Part shown: positions 55,928 to 64,000 of the stretch, piece after piece
How the letters are laid out: each line of letters begins with the position of its first letter
Position numbering within the stretch: the stretch's first letter is position 1
NCBI GenBank assembly: GCA_963727525.1
Contig: CAVSGO010000003.1
Coordinates: 384,001-448,000, forward strand
DNA length: 64,000 bases
Source of the DNA: an uncultured bacterium
Lineage (GTDB): Bacteria; Krumholzibacteriota; Krumholzibacteriia; LZORAL124-64-63
Direction of reading: 5' to 3'
Program-made: the position numbers and the translations under genes
The notes under the pieces: model-generated
Told to the model about the DNA's origin: nothing
Databases searched by the model: none
The model's input: the letters and a program-made list of their open reading frames with translations, nothing else

Positions 55928-56190
55928 TCAACGCCATCTTCCCTGCGCTGAGGCTAGCCAAAAGGCAGCGCTAAGCCGACCAATATCAACCGGGCAAAGC
56001 TCGAAGACGTAGGTCGCGACTTCGGCGACCACGCTCACGTCAATCGCGCCGTCGCAGCACCCGCGCGCCAGCGTCGAATTTGGCGTTGCATGATCACCAA
56101 GGCAACTGCTAGGGTTGCGCCACACCGGCGAGCGAATTGGCGCACGACGACGAGCGACGATCGTCGCAGCTTGACGTGATGGGGGTGTCC

Positions 56191-56655
56191 ATGAAGGCTG
56201 ACACGGGGCCCGACCGTCCCTCACGGCGGACATTCCTCGACTGGCTCATCGGCGGCGCTGCCGCCGCCTGGCTCGCGAGCGTCTTCTATCCCGTGATCCG
56301 CTACCTGCGACCGCTGCCTGATCAGGGCGCCGGCGGTCCCATCCCTGTTCCTGCGGACAAGCTCGCCGAGGTCGAGGGCCAGGCCCACTTCACGATCCTC
56401 CGGGCCGCCGGGACGCGACTGATCGTCCTGCAGGACCCGCAGGACGAGATCCGCGCCCTCTCCGCGGTCTGCACCCACGAGGGCTGCACCGTCCAGTACG
56501 TCCCCGGCGAGCAAGTCATCTGGTGCGCCTGCCACAACGGCAAGTACGGCCTCGACGGGCACGTCATCTCCGGACCGCCGCCGAAGCCGCTCCCCGTCTA
56601 CGCCGTCTCCACGGACGAGAAAGGCGACGTGCTCGTGAAGATGGACGAAGCATGA
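56191..56655 (+). CDS. Rieske 2Fe-2S subunit of a Rieske/cytochrome b complex
   Basis: Tat motif SRRTFL; CTHEGC and CACHNG boxes; GPPP.PL. Confidence 0.92.
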   Translation: MKADTGPDRPSRRTFLDWLIGGAAAAWLASVFYPVIRYLRPLPDQGAGGPIPVPADKLAEVEGQAHFTILRAAGTRLIVLQDPQDEIRALSAVCTHEGCTVQYVPGEQVIWCACHNGKYGLDGHVISGPPPKPLPVYAVSTDEKGDVLVKMDEA

Positions 56656-58025
56656 ACGAGCAGCGCCCGACAGACCTGCCGAAGGGCAAGATCTTCCAGT
56701 GGCTCGACCGGCGCTTCGACCTCGCCCCGGTGGTGGAGTTCGCCAGGCACAAGGAGGTGCCGGTCGGCGTCCACTCCATGATCTGGTACTACCTCGGGGG
56801 CGCCACGCTCTTCTTCTTCGCGGTACAGATCGTGACCGGCGTCCTGCTACTGGCCTACTACCAGGCCGGGGAGAACACGTCGTACGAGACGATCCGCTAC
56901 CTCACGACGAAGGTGCCGTTCGGCTGGCTCTTCCGATCCGTGCACGCCTGGAGTGCGCACCTGATGATCCTATCGCTGCTCACCCACATGTTCAGCACCT
57001 TCTTCCTGAAGGCCTACCGGCGGCCGCGGGAGCTCACCTGGCTCAGTGGATTCTTCCTGCTCGCGCTCGCGCTCGGCTTCGGGTTCTCGGGCTATCTGCT
57101 GCCCTGGAACGAGCTCGCGTACTTCGCGACCGCGGTCGGCACGGACGTCGTCAAGGCGGTGCCCGTGATCGGCGATTGGCTACTCGAGGTGATGCGTGGC
57201 GGTCCGGACGTCACGATCAACACGCTCTACCGCTTCTTCGCTCTGCACGTGGTCGTGCTGCCGCTCGTGGCCTTCGCACTGATCGGCATTCACCTGCTGC
57301 TGATCCAGCGCCAGGGTATGGCGCCGCCGGCGGGGCACGAGAAGGCGACGCGCGGCATGCCGTTCTTCCCCGACTTCGCGCTGCGCGACGCGCTTATCTG
57401 GCTGCTCGCGCTGATCGCCCTGGTCACGCTGGCGGTGGTCCTGCCGTACGGACCGGGCGTCCCGGGCGCCGAGTGGTCGCTCGGACTCAAGGCGAACCCG
57501 TCCGCGCCCGCGTACCCGGGCATCAAGCCCGAGTGGTATTTCCTCTGGATCTACCAGCTGCTCAAGGAATTCCCCGCTCACATTTTCGGGATGGAGGGGC
57601 CGCAGGGCGCGCTGTTGATGTCGGTCGGACTGCTGGGCGTCTGGGCGATCGTGCCGTGGCTCGACCGCCGAGGCCACCGGAACCGCCCCTCTCCCGCGTT
57701 CACCGACCTCGGCGTGGCCGCTCTGATCTTCGTCGGGTTCCTGATGCTGATGGCCTGGGACATCGGCGGCGGGACGGGCACCGAGCCGGACCCCCTAAAG
57801 GTGGCCTGGACGACCGCGTGGATCATGCTCGGCGGTGGTCTGCTCATGAACGCGCTACGCGTCCTGAAAGGCCAGCGGTTCTTCTGGTTCTCGGGCGCGG
57901 CCCTGCTCCAGGTGTTTCTGCACGGGGTCGTCCGTTTGCCCTACCTGTTCGCGGGCGTGGTTGCCCTCGCCCTGGTCCTGATCGGCGCGTGGCGGTCCGC
58001 GCGCGCGGATGGAGGTGCGTCGTGA
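56652..58025 (+). CDS. Cytochrome b (unsplit, with extra C-terminal helices)
   Basis: RSVHAW...THM, GYLLPW, RFFALH...IH, KPEWY. Confidence 0.92.
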   Translation: MNEQRPTDLPKGKIFQWLDRRFDLAPVVEFARHKEVPVGVHSMIWYYLGGATLFFFAVQIVTGVLLLAYYQAGENTSYETIRYLTTKVPFGWLFRSVHAWSAHLMILSLLTHMFSTFFLKAYRRPRELTWLSGFFLLALALGFGFSGYLLPWNELAYFATAVGTDVVKAVPVIGDWLLEVMRGGPDVTINTLYRFFALHVVVLPLVAFALIGIHLLLIQRQGMAPPAGHEKATRGMPFFPDFALRDALIWLLALIALVTLAVVLPYGPGVPGAEWSLGLKANPSAPAYPGIKPEWYFLWIYQLLKEFPAHIFGMEGPQGALLMSVGLLGVWAIVPWLDRRGHRNRPSPAFTDLGVAALIFVGFLMLMAWDIGGGTGTEPDPLKVAWTTAWIMLGGGLLMNALRVLKGQRFFWFSGAALLQVFLHGVVRLPYLFAGVVALALVLIGAWRSARADGGAS

Positions 58026-59590
58026 ACGCGCGCGTCCTCGTGCTCGGATTGCTCCTGACCGCGCCGCCGACGGCCCTCGCCGTGGACCCGGCGCCGGCCC
58101 TGTCCGACAGCGCCGTCTCCCTGCCCCCGGCCGTCGTCGAGGCGTTCGCCGAACAGGGCGACCAGGGGCCCGTCATCTCCCCCGAACTCCAGGCCTACTT
58201 CCGCGCCCAGCCAAGCCACCTGCAGGATCTCTTCACCGCCAAGATGGGGTCCGGGCTGATCGGCGGTGCGGCGCACGTGCGCACGCTGCTGTCGCTGCAG
58301 CTGTCGGGCCAGAACTTCGAGCAACTGCTCTCGGACAACTGCGTCCTCTGCCACTCCAACCCGGACAACCAGGGCGAGGAGACGCTCTTCACCCACCAGC
58401 CGACGGGCGAGGCGGCGCGCGCGCACCTCGACCTCGACGACGTCGTACGCGACGTGCATTTCCGACGCGGCCTCTCGTGCTCGGGCTGCCACGGCGGCTC
58501 GCCAGACGACGAGGAGATGAGCGACGCGATCTACGACCGCTGGCCGGACGCCGACACCCGCCGGACCGACAGGAGCTGGATCCCCGCGTTCTGTGCCCGT
58601 TGCCACTCCGACCCCCAGTTCATGCGCGAGTTCGACCCGGGCCTGCCTACGGACCAGCTGGCCAAGTACAAGACGAGCCGTCACGGCCAGCTCATGCTCG
58701 ACGAACACGATTCCAAGGCTGCCCAGTGCGTGAGCTGCCACGGTGTCCACGGGATCCAGGGGCCCAAGACCCCGACCTCTCCCGTGTACCCGACCAACAT
58801 CCCGAACACCTGCGGCGCCTGCCACGCCAACGCCGCGTACATGGCCGGCTACACGGTGCACGGTAGGCCCATCCCGACCACCCAGAAGGAGCAGTACCTG
58901 GCGAGCGTCCACGGCCGGGCGCTCATGGAGAAGCACGACCTCGGTGCGCCCGTGTGCAACGATTGCCACGGCAACCACGCCGCCAACCCGCCCGGCGTCT
59001 CCCAGGTGGCACTGGTCTGCCGCAACTGCCATAGCGCCGAGGCCAACTACTTCGACGCGAGCCGGCACGAGAAGGCCTTCGAGGCCCACGGCTGGCCTCA
59101 GTGCGTCGAGTGCCACGGCAAGCACGATATCCAGCACCCGACCGAGGCAATGCTCGCCAACGAGCCGGGCACGGTCTGCTTCGACTGCCACACGAAATTC
59201 TCGGCGGATGACGCCGAATGCAGCGCCATGACCACCTACATGCGCGACCAGATCAACGGTCTGCAAACGGCCGTGGCGTCGTTCCAGGCGGACACCGAAC
59301 ACCTCGCCGAGCGTGGGCTCGACGTGGAGCCGCTCGAGGGCACGATGAGCGAGATCAGCGATGCCCTGAAGGGCAGCCGCACGCGGGTCCACGCCTTCGA
59401 CCGCAGCACCTTCGACAAGACCGCGACCGAGGGCCGGAACGCCGTGGAGAAGGCACAGACGATCGTGGACCAGCTCCACGCCGACTACCGCTCCCGTACC
59501 GCGGGCCTCCTGATGTCGATCGGCTTCATGGCCCTGCTCGCGATCGGGATCTGGCTGCGCCTGCGCGCCATCGAGCGCCGCCGAGCATGA
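58022..59590 (+). CDS. Nonaheme cytochrome c with C-terminal membrane anchor
   Basis: CVLCH, CSGCH, CARCH, CVSCH, CGACH, CNDCH, CRNCH, CVECH, CFDCH; helical region and C-terminal TM; GTGA overlap. Confidence 0.9.
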   Translation: MNARVLVLGLLLTAPPTALAVDPAPALSDSAVSLPPAVVEAFAEQGDQGPVISPELQAYFRAQPSHLQDLFTAKMGSGLIGGAAHVRTLLSLQLSGQNFEQLLSDNCVLCHSNPDNQGEETLFTHQPTGEAARAHLDLDDVVRDVHFRRGLSCSGCHGGSPDDEEMSDAIYDRWPDADTRRTDRSWIPAFCARCHSDPQFMREFDPGLPTDQLAKYKTSRHGQLMLDEHDSKAAQCVSCHGVHGIQGPKTPTSPVYPTNIPNTCGACHANAAYMAGYTVHGRPIPTTQKEQYLASVHGRALMEKHDLGAPVCNDCHGNHAANPPGVSQVALVCRNCHSAEANYFDASRHEKAFEAHGWPQCVECHGKHDIQHPTEAMLANEPGTVCFDCHTKFSADDAECSAMTTYMRDQINGLQTAVASFQADTEHLAERGLDVEPLEGTMSEISDALKGSRTRVHAFDRSTFDKTATEGRNAVEKAQTIVDQLHADYRSRTAGLLMSIGFMALLAIGIWLRLRAIERRRA

Positions 59591-59729
59591 GCGGCTACGG
59601 ATTGAGACCAAGCGCAGGTAAGCGGAACAAGAAGCGGCCAAGGAGACGGTCGGTCGGTGAGGTCTGCGTTGTCGGCGCGAGACCGCGCGTACCTGTACAT
59701 GCCGGACGGGGGAGTGACGCGCGGGCACC

Positions 59730-60745
59730 CGGCCGCGCTTGCCGCCGAGAGCGCCGCCTACTGCAATAGCACCGCCACCTTCCTGAAATTCCAGGGCAAG
59801 GGTAGTAAGTTCCTTTTCAATGGCACCTACGTCTGGATTCACACGCTCGACGATGGCGTGATGCCGATGCATCCGATGAAGTACAAGCCGAATGGCAAGA
59901 GCATCGTCGGCTTGAAGGACAAGAAGGGCAAGCGCTTCTTCTCGACGATGAATGCGCTGGTGAAGGACAAGGGCGCCGGCTGGGTCGAATATTACTGGCC
60001 CATGCCGGGCTGCGACCAGATCGTCCACAAGGTGTCGTATGTCCGTTGCTGCAAGAGCGCCGATGGGATCAATCTCGTCGTTGGTTGCGGCCTCTACAAG
60101 TTCGACGAGTCCACGGGCCTCATCGCCACCACGATGGACGAGCTCGAGAGCCAGCAAGCTGTCAAGCAGCTCGAAGGCGAGGATCTGTCGCCGGTCGAGC
60201 TGGAGATGCTCAACCTGCTGCGGGACTGCGAGATCCTTTCCCTGCAGCTCCAGTCGCTCCAGCAGAAGTACTCGTCGACCCTGAAGAACGATGAGTGGAT
60301 CAAGCGCTGCAAAGCCTCCGCCAATCGCTCGACACGTTTCCGAATGATATCGACCAGTCGTTGACTCTCGGGGAGCGCGAAGCAGATTTACGCCTGCGTC
60401 TCGATGAGACGGGACGCGCGATCATCGTCGCCGCCCAGTCGGCCCTGGACGCGGCCGCCGCGTCGATCGCGGAACAGCGGATCACGGCGCAGAAGGCCAA
60501 GCAAACCGCCGTGGCGGGCATCGCGGCATTCCTGCTGGTGGCGTGGCTCATCATGCAATCGATCACGGGCGGCCTGGAGAGCGTCATCGACGATCTCGGC
60601 GATTTCTCCCGTGAAGTCGCGGGATCCGCGCGCCAGGTCTCGGATGCGAGCAACGATCAGACGATCGAGGCGGCCAGCACTGTGTTCGCGCAGGTCACCC
60701 GGAATGCGGCTCGCGCTGTCAAGAAATTGGACCAAGAAATTGGAG
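59730..60745 (+). pseudogene. Degraded Cache-domain sensor / methyl-accepting chemotaxis protein fragments
   Basis: Single-Cache motifs YVWIH, MHP, KDKKGKRFF, GWVEYYWP, KVSYV, VVGCG; frameshift near 60300; TM plus SIT...SARQVSDAS MCP-like piece; no intact start or signalling domain. Confidence 0.65.
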
Positions 60746-60777
60746 TGTTGACAGCACCACGCTTCATTCGTTACGAT
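60720..60777 (+). promoter_or_regulatory. Sigma70-type promoter with an upstream 12-bp direct repeat
   Basis: CAAGAAATTGGA twice (60720-60731, 60733-60744); TTGACA (60748-60753)-N18-TACGAT (60772-60777). Confidence 0.6.
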
Positions 60778-60788
60778 CGCTTCGGCTC

Positions 60789-60937
60789 GGGAATACCCCC
60801 TCGCCTCGTCACGGAGGTCGCGCGAACGAACTGGCTAACGCCGATGATGACCCGAACGTCACATCGACAGCCTGCGGGCGCGCCGCGGATTTCTTGAACG
60901 AGGCTGGTGCCAGTCACCGATTCGAGGGGGTATTCCC
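60789..60937 (+). ncRNA. Candidate structured 5' leader or small RNA sequestering the RBS of the C25 peptidase gene
   Basis: Perfect 15-bp inverted repeat GGGAATACCCCCTCG/CGAGGGGGTATTCCC, nested stems, ends directly at the ATG. Confidence 0.5.
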
Positions 60938-62494
60938 ATGTCCGTATCCGTCTGTCCACTTCCTGCCTGGTCACGCCTGCTGGGTGCGTCGCTCGCCCTG
61001 CTTTTGATTCCGGCCTTGCTCGGCGCGAACGCTCGCGCGGCGACGCCGATTCCCGAGGCCGAGTACCTCATCATCACGCCCGCGGCCTTCGTGGCCGACT
61101 TCCAGCGCCTCGCCGATCATCGCGCTGCCGAAGGACTGACCGCCTCCGTCGTCGCATACGAGGACGCCGTGGCGCAGCCCCAGGCACACGGCGATGCCGT
61201 GGAAGACCTGCGCACGTTTCTCATCGCCGCACACGCGTCCGGCGGCGCACGCTACGTACTGCTCGGCGGTGACGTGGCGCATATCCCGACCGCGCAGGCC
61301 GTGTACGGGACGGTCTTCGTGTACGAGGCGATGACCGATCAGTACTACGCCTGTCTCGATGGCGCGTGGGACATCGATGGCAACGGCATCTTCGACGATT
61401 TCGCTTCCGACGTGGACATCGTGCCCGACGTGGCCCTGGGTCGCGTGCCGGTATCGAGCGTGCAGCAGGTCAGGGCCTACGTCGACAAGGTGCTGGCCTA
61501 CGACGCCAGTGCGACCGAACCGTACCGCCGTCGGGCGTTGTTCCTCGATGCCGTGCTGTCGCCCTATCCGTGGCACCCGGGTATGACGGTCCAGCACGAC
61601 GCGGCGGCCTGGGCGGATGATATGCTCGTGCCCGCATTCGAGACGGCTACCGTACCGTGCGAGGTGGATCCGCTCTACCAGAACCACGAGGCCTACGACG
61701 GTGCCGGGGCGCTGACACGGGATAGCGCGCTGGCAGCTCTCGAAAGCGGCGACTTCGGCTTCGTTCACGCGGCTGGCCACAGCGACGCGAGCGGCTGGGA
61801 TTGCGGCGATGCGCTCTTGACGGCCAACGACGTCGTTGGCCAGCGCTTGCCGCAGCCGCCCTACTTTCTCGAGGCAGGGCTCGAGGGGGAGTCCTGCGCC
61901 GTGGACGCGAACTCCGTGGGCGTGGCGCTGATCCTGCAACCCGAAGGCGGTGCCGTCGCGGCTCTCGGGCCGAGCGGAATCGCCTACATCACCTATGGGG
62001 AGTTTGAAGTCGAGGACTTCTGGTCACGCGCGCTCGCACCCGGCGCCCGGGTCGGGAGCGTGCGTACGGAGGTCGTCGTCGATCTATCCGGATCCATCTC
62101 GTCGTCTGCGTTTCGCTGGATGATGGCGACGTGGACCCTGCTCGGCGATCCCGCACTGTGTCTCGCGCCGCAAGCGCGAGTCACCGCCGACGTGCTGCCG
62201 ATCGCGAAGCATACGGTACGCCTCGTCGGCTGTGCGCCGAATCCGTTCAATCCTCTCACCGAGATCGGGTTCTCCGTGCAGGGGAGCGAACCGGTTGCCG
62301 TGACGCTGGAGGTCTTCGATCTTGCGGGACACCGGATCGCAACGCTCACGCAGGGGCCGTTTGCGCCCGGTGACCACGCCGTGACCTGGAATGGTCGCGA
62401 TCGACGCGGTGAAGCGGCGCAGGCGGGAGTCTATCTCGCGCGGCTGACCGACGGCGCGACGAGCGACGTGATCAAACTCACACTCGTGAAGTGA
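60938..62494 (+). CDS. C25 (gingipain-like) cysteine peptidase with FlgD/T9SS-type CTD
   Basis: YLIITP, YVLLGGD, TDQYYA, LGRVPV, AGHS...ESC, LLGDP; CTD PNPFNP...AGVYLARL...KLTLVK. Confidence 0.85.
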   Translation: MSVSVCPLPAWSRLLGASLALLLIPALLGANARAATPIPEAEYLIITPAAFVADFQRLADHRAAEGLTASVVAYEDAVAQPQAHGDAVEDLRTFLIAAHASGGARYVLLGGDVAHIPTAQAVYGTVFVYEAMTDQYYACLDGAWDIDGNGIFDDFASDVDIVPDVALGRVPVSSVQQVRAYVDKVLAYDASATEPYRRRALFLDAVLSPYPWHPGMTVQHDAAAWADDMLVPAFETATVPCEVDPLYQNHEAYDGAGALTRDSALAALESGDFGFVHAAGHSDASGWDCGDALLTANDVVGQRLPQPPYFLEAGLEGESCAVDANSVGVALILQPEGGAVAALGPSGIAYITYGEFEVEDFWSRALAPGARVGSVRTEVVVDLSGSISSSAFRWMMATWTLLGDPALCLAPQARVTADVLPIAKHTVRLVGCAPNPFNPLTEIGFSVQGSEPVAVTLEVFDLAGHRIATLTQGPFAPGDHAVTWNGRDRRGEAAQAGVYLARLTDGATSDVIKLTLVK

Positions 62495-62523
62495 TATGGA
62501 ATGGCTTCCTGCTCGATGATGAT

Positions 62524-62554
62524 GCGCCCGCGTGCGAATTTCGCACGCGGGCGC
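62524..62554. terminator. Perfect hairpin between convergent genes
   Basis: 14-bp stem GCGCCCGCGTGCGA/TCGCACGCGGGCGC. Confidence 0.7.
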
Positions 62555-62639
62555 GCTCTGAATCCTGCAGCCACGCCATCCGTCAGCAGTCGCAACCGTA
62601 TCGAGATCCGGTGAGTGCCACCGGCTCACGGTACGGACG

Positions 62640-64000
62640 TCATTTGACGAGCACCATCCGCCGCGAGAGGCTCGCTCCGGCGGCGTCGATCCGGTAGAGA
62701 TACACGCCCGCGGATACCGCAGCGCCGCGCGCATCGCGGCCATCCCAGGTCACGGTGTACTCGCTGGCCGCGCGGGTGTCATCCACCAGCGTGCGCACGA
62801 GGCGACCGGCCAGGTCGTAGACGTTGAGCGCCACGTGTCCCGCCTGCGGGACGGCGAAGCGGATCTGCGTGCTCGGGTTGAACGGATTTGGATGATTCTG
62901 TAGCAGCGCGAACGGCCGCTCCGCGAGGTCCGGCCCGTCGCCGATACCGGTGACGCCGTTCATCCAGTTTTCGAGCATGAAGTCGTAGTTCGTGTACGAC
63001 GCGCTCACGTCATAGCGATACGGCCGGCCCGCCACGTAGACGAAGGTGCCGTCGCCGTCCTTGTGCAGGCGGAATCCGGCGAGCATCGTGGGCTCGGTCG
63101 CCTCGCGGAAGATCGGAACGGCTTCCGACGTCGCGCCCAGGGTCACGAAATGCACCAGCGAGTGGCCTGCCGCCGCCGGCATGTTCACGAGATCGGGGTC
63201 CAGCGCCACGAGTTGCGTCACGTTGCGGTCGGCGGACACCGCCGTGATCCCGCAGTAGTTGCGCAGCGCCGAGTTCAAGAAATTCGCGCCCAGACGGGTG
63301 GCCAGGATCACGTTGCCGCCGTCGCCCAGGTACGACAGGATCTGGTTGCCATCATAGTAGTCGAGGTCGCCGCTGTAGTTGTTGCCCACCCAGATCACGG
63401 TGTCGTATAGCCGCAGCACGGCGTCGGGCACCTTGTGACGCTGCTTGACCACCTGTTGCACGCTGGCGTTCGCCAGGTAGTCGTAACCCTGATCTCCGAA
63501 GAGGTCCCACACGTCCACCGCGTGGGCGCCGAACACCGCCGAACTGGCGTAGAAGGTCGCCATCTCGGCAGGATAGGTGGCGTACTCGATGCCATTCACC
63601 ACGAGGACGTTGGCCTGGTTGTTCACCGCTTCGAGGAAGTCGCTTCGGGTCATGGTATGGCTGTTGGTGCCGTCGCTCACCGTCAAGGTCACCGTGTAGA
63701 TGCCCGCCGTCGTGAACGTCCAGGTCGGCGTGGGATCGGTGGAATCGACGTTGCCGTCGTTGTCGAAGTCCCATGCCCACGAGGTGATCGGCCCCGAGCT
63801 CGACGGCGTCGACAGATCCTCGAACGACACCAGGAACGGCACCGCGCCGACGGTGTCCGCGGTGCGGAAAGCCGCGTGGACCGCGTCGGTGAGTACGGGC
63901 GTGACCCGCGTCGACTGATACGCCGTGTGCGACGTCGGGTCCTGCACGAAGGCAAGCAAGCTCACATCGTTGAAGTCGATGAGCGACTGCGCCTGGGCGC
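62640..64000 (-). CDS. Secreted PKD-domain protein with FlgD/T9SS-type CTD (5' end outside window)
   Basis: Frame is open to the window end; PKD motif SWAWDFDNDG...GIYTVTLTV; CTD QNHPNPFNP...RRMVLVK. Confidence 0.85.
   Translation of the reverse strand, partial: AQAQSLIDFNDVSLLAFVQDPTSHTAYQSTRVTPVLTDAVHAAFRTADTVGAVPFLVSFEDLSTPSSSGPITSWAWDFDNDGNVDSTDPTPTWTFTTAGIYTVTLTVSDGTNSHTMTRSDFLEAVNNQANVLVVNGIEYATYPAEMATFYASSAVFGAHAVDVWDLFGDQGYDYLANASVQQVVKQRHKVPDAVLRLYDTVIWVGNNYSGDLDYYDGNQILSYLGDGGNVILATRLGANFLNSALRNYCGITAVSADRNVTQLVALDPDLVNMPAAAGHSLVHFVTLGATSEAVPIFREATEPTMLAGFRLHKDGDGTFVYVAGRPYRYDVSASYTNYDFMLENWMNGVTGIGDGPDLAERPFALLQNHPNPFNPSTQIRFAVPQAGHVALNVYDLAGRLVRTLVDDTRAASEYTVTWDGRDARGAAVSAGVYLYRIDAAGASLSRRMVLVK

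Noticed and set aside
60789-60937. 6S RNA or fluoride/c-di-GMP riboswitch identity for the structured leader
   Set aside because: Short 6S-like words (ACAGCCTGCGG, CTTGAAC) are in the wrong order and no large central bubble is evident; riboswitch consensus motifs not found. Left unassigned.
1-64000. Numerous long overlapping ORFs (e.g. 1335-3338 -, 23307-26075 -, 33255-35210 -, 36946-39360 -, 57941-60157 -)
   Set aside because: Antisense or alternate-frame shadows of real genes in high-GC DNA; Arg/Ala/Gly-rich with no family motifs.

Overview
High-GC bacterial DNA. The many secreted proteins with FlgD/T9SS-type-A-like C-terminal domains, a PorV-like barrel and a short W-x-x-[VIL]-K C-terminal motif suggest an FCB-group candidate phylum such as Krumholzibacteriota, Latescibacterota or Eisenbacteria (inference). 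1-13.3 kb (+) and 23.3-30.6 kb (-) form a split, probably beta-1,2-glucan utilisation locus: TonB-dependent receptor, large Ca-binding CTD protein, PorV-like barrel, two GH144-like enzymes, a stand-alone Cgs-type GH94, GH1, an ATPase-less sugar ABC transporter and an uncharacterised CBM/(alpha/alpha)6 enzyme. It abuts a PstS-like/TPR/exbB/exbD/exbD/tonB operon. Housekeeping genes (pirin, M16 pair, DEAD-box helicase, methionine gamma-lyase) lie between the halves. 36-49 kb is accessory DNA: a CTD-bearing hexaheme cytochrome, many internally deleted gene remnants, and an IS1-like element whose inverted repeats also bound a 141-bp MITE at 20.15 kb. 55-60 kb encodes a CDGSH protein and a Rieske/cytochrome b/nonaheme cytochrome c complex. 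A C25 peptidase gene is preceded by a ~150-nt leader closed by a perfect 15-bp stem that covers its RBS. Six single-base frameshifts cluster at 3.4-6.0 kb and are probably sequencing errors. No rRNA, tRNA or CRISPR array was seen. All family calls come from motif recognition by eye, not database searches.
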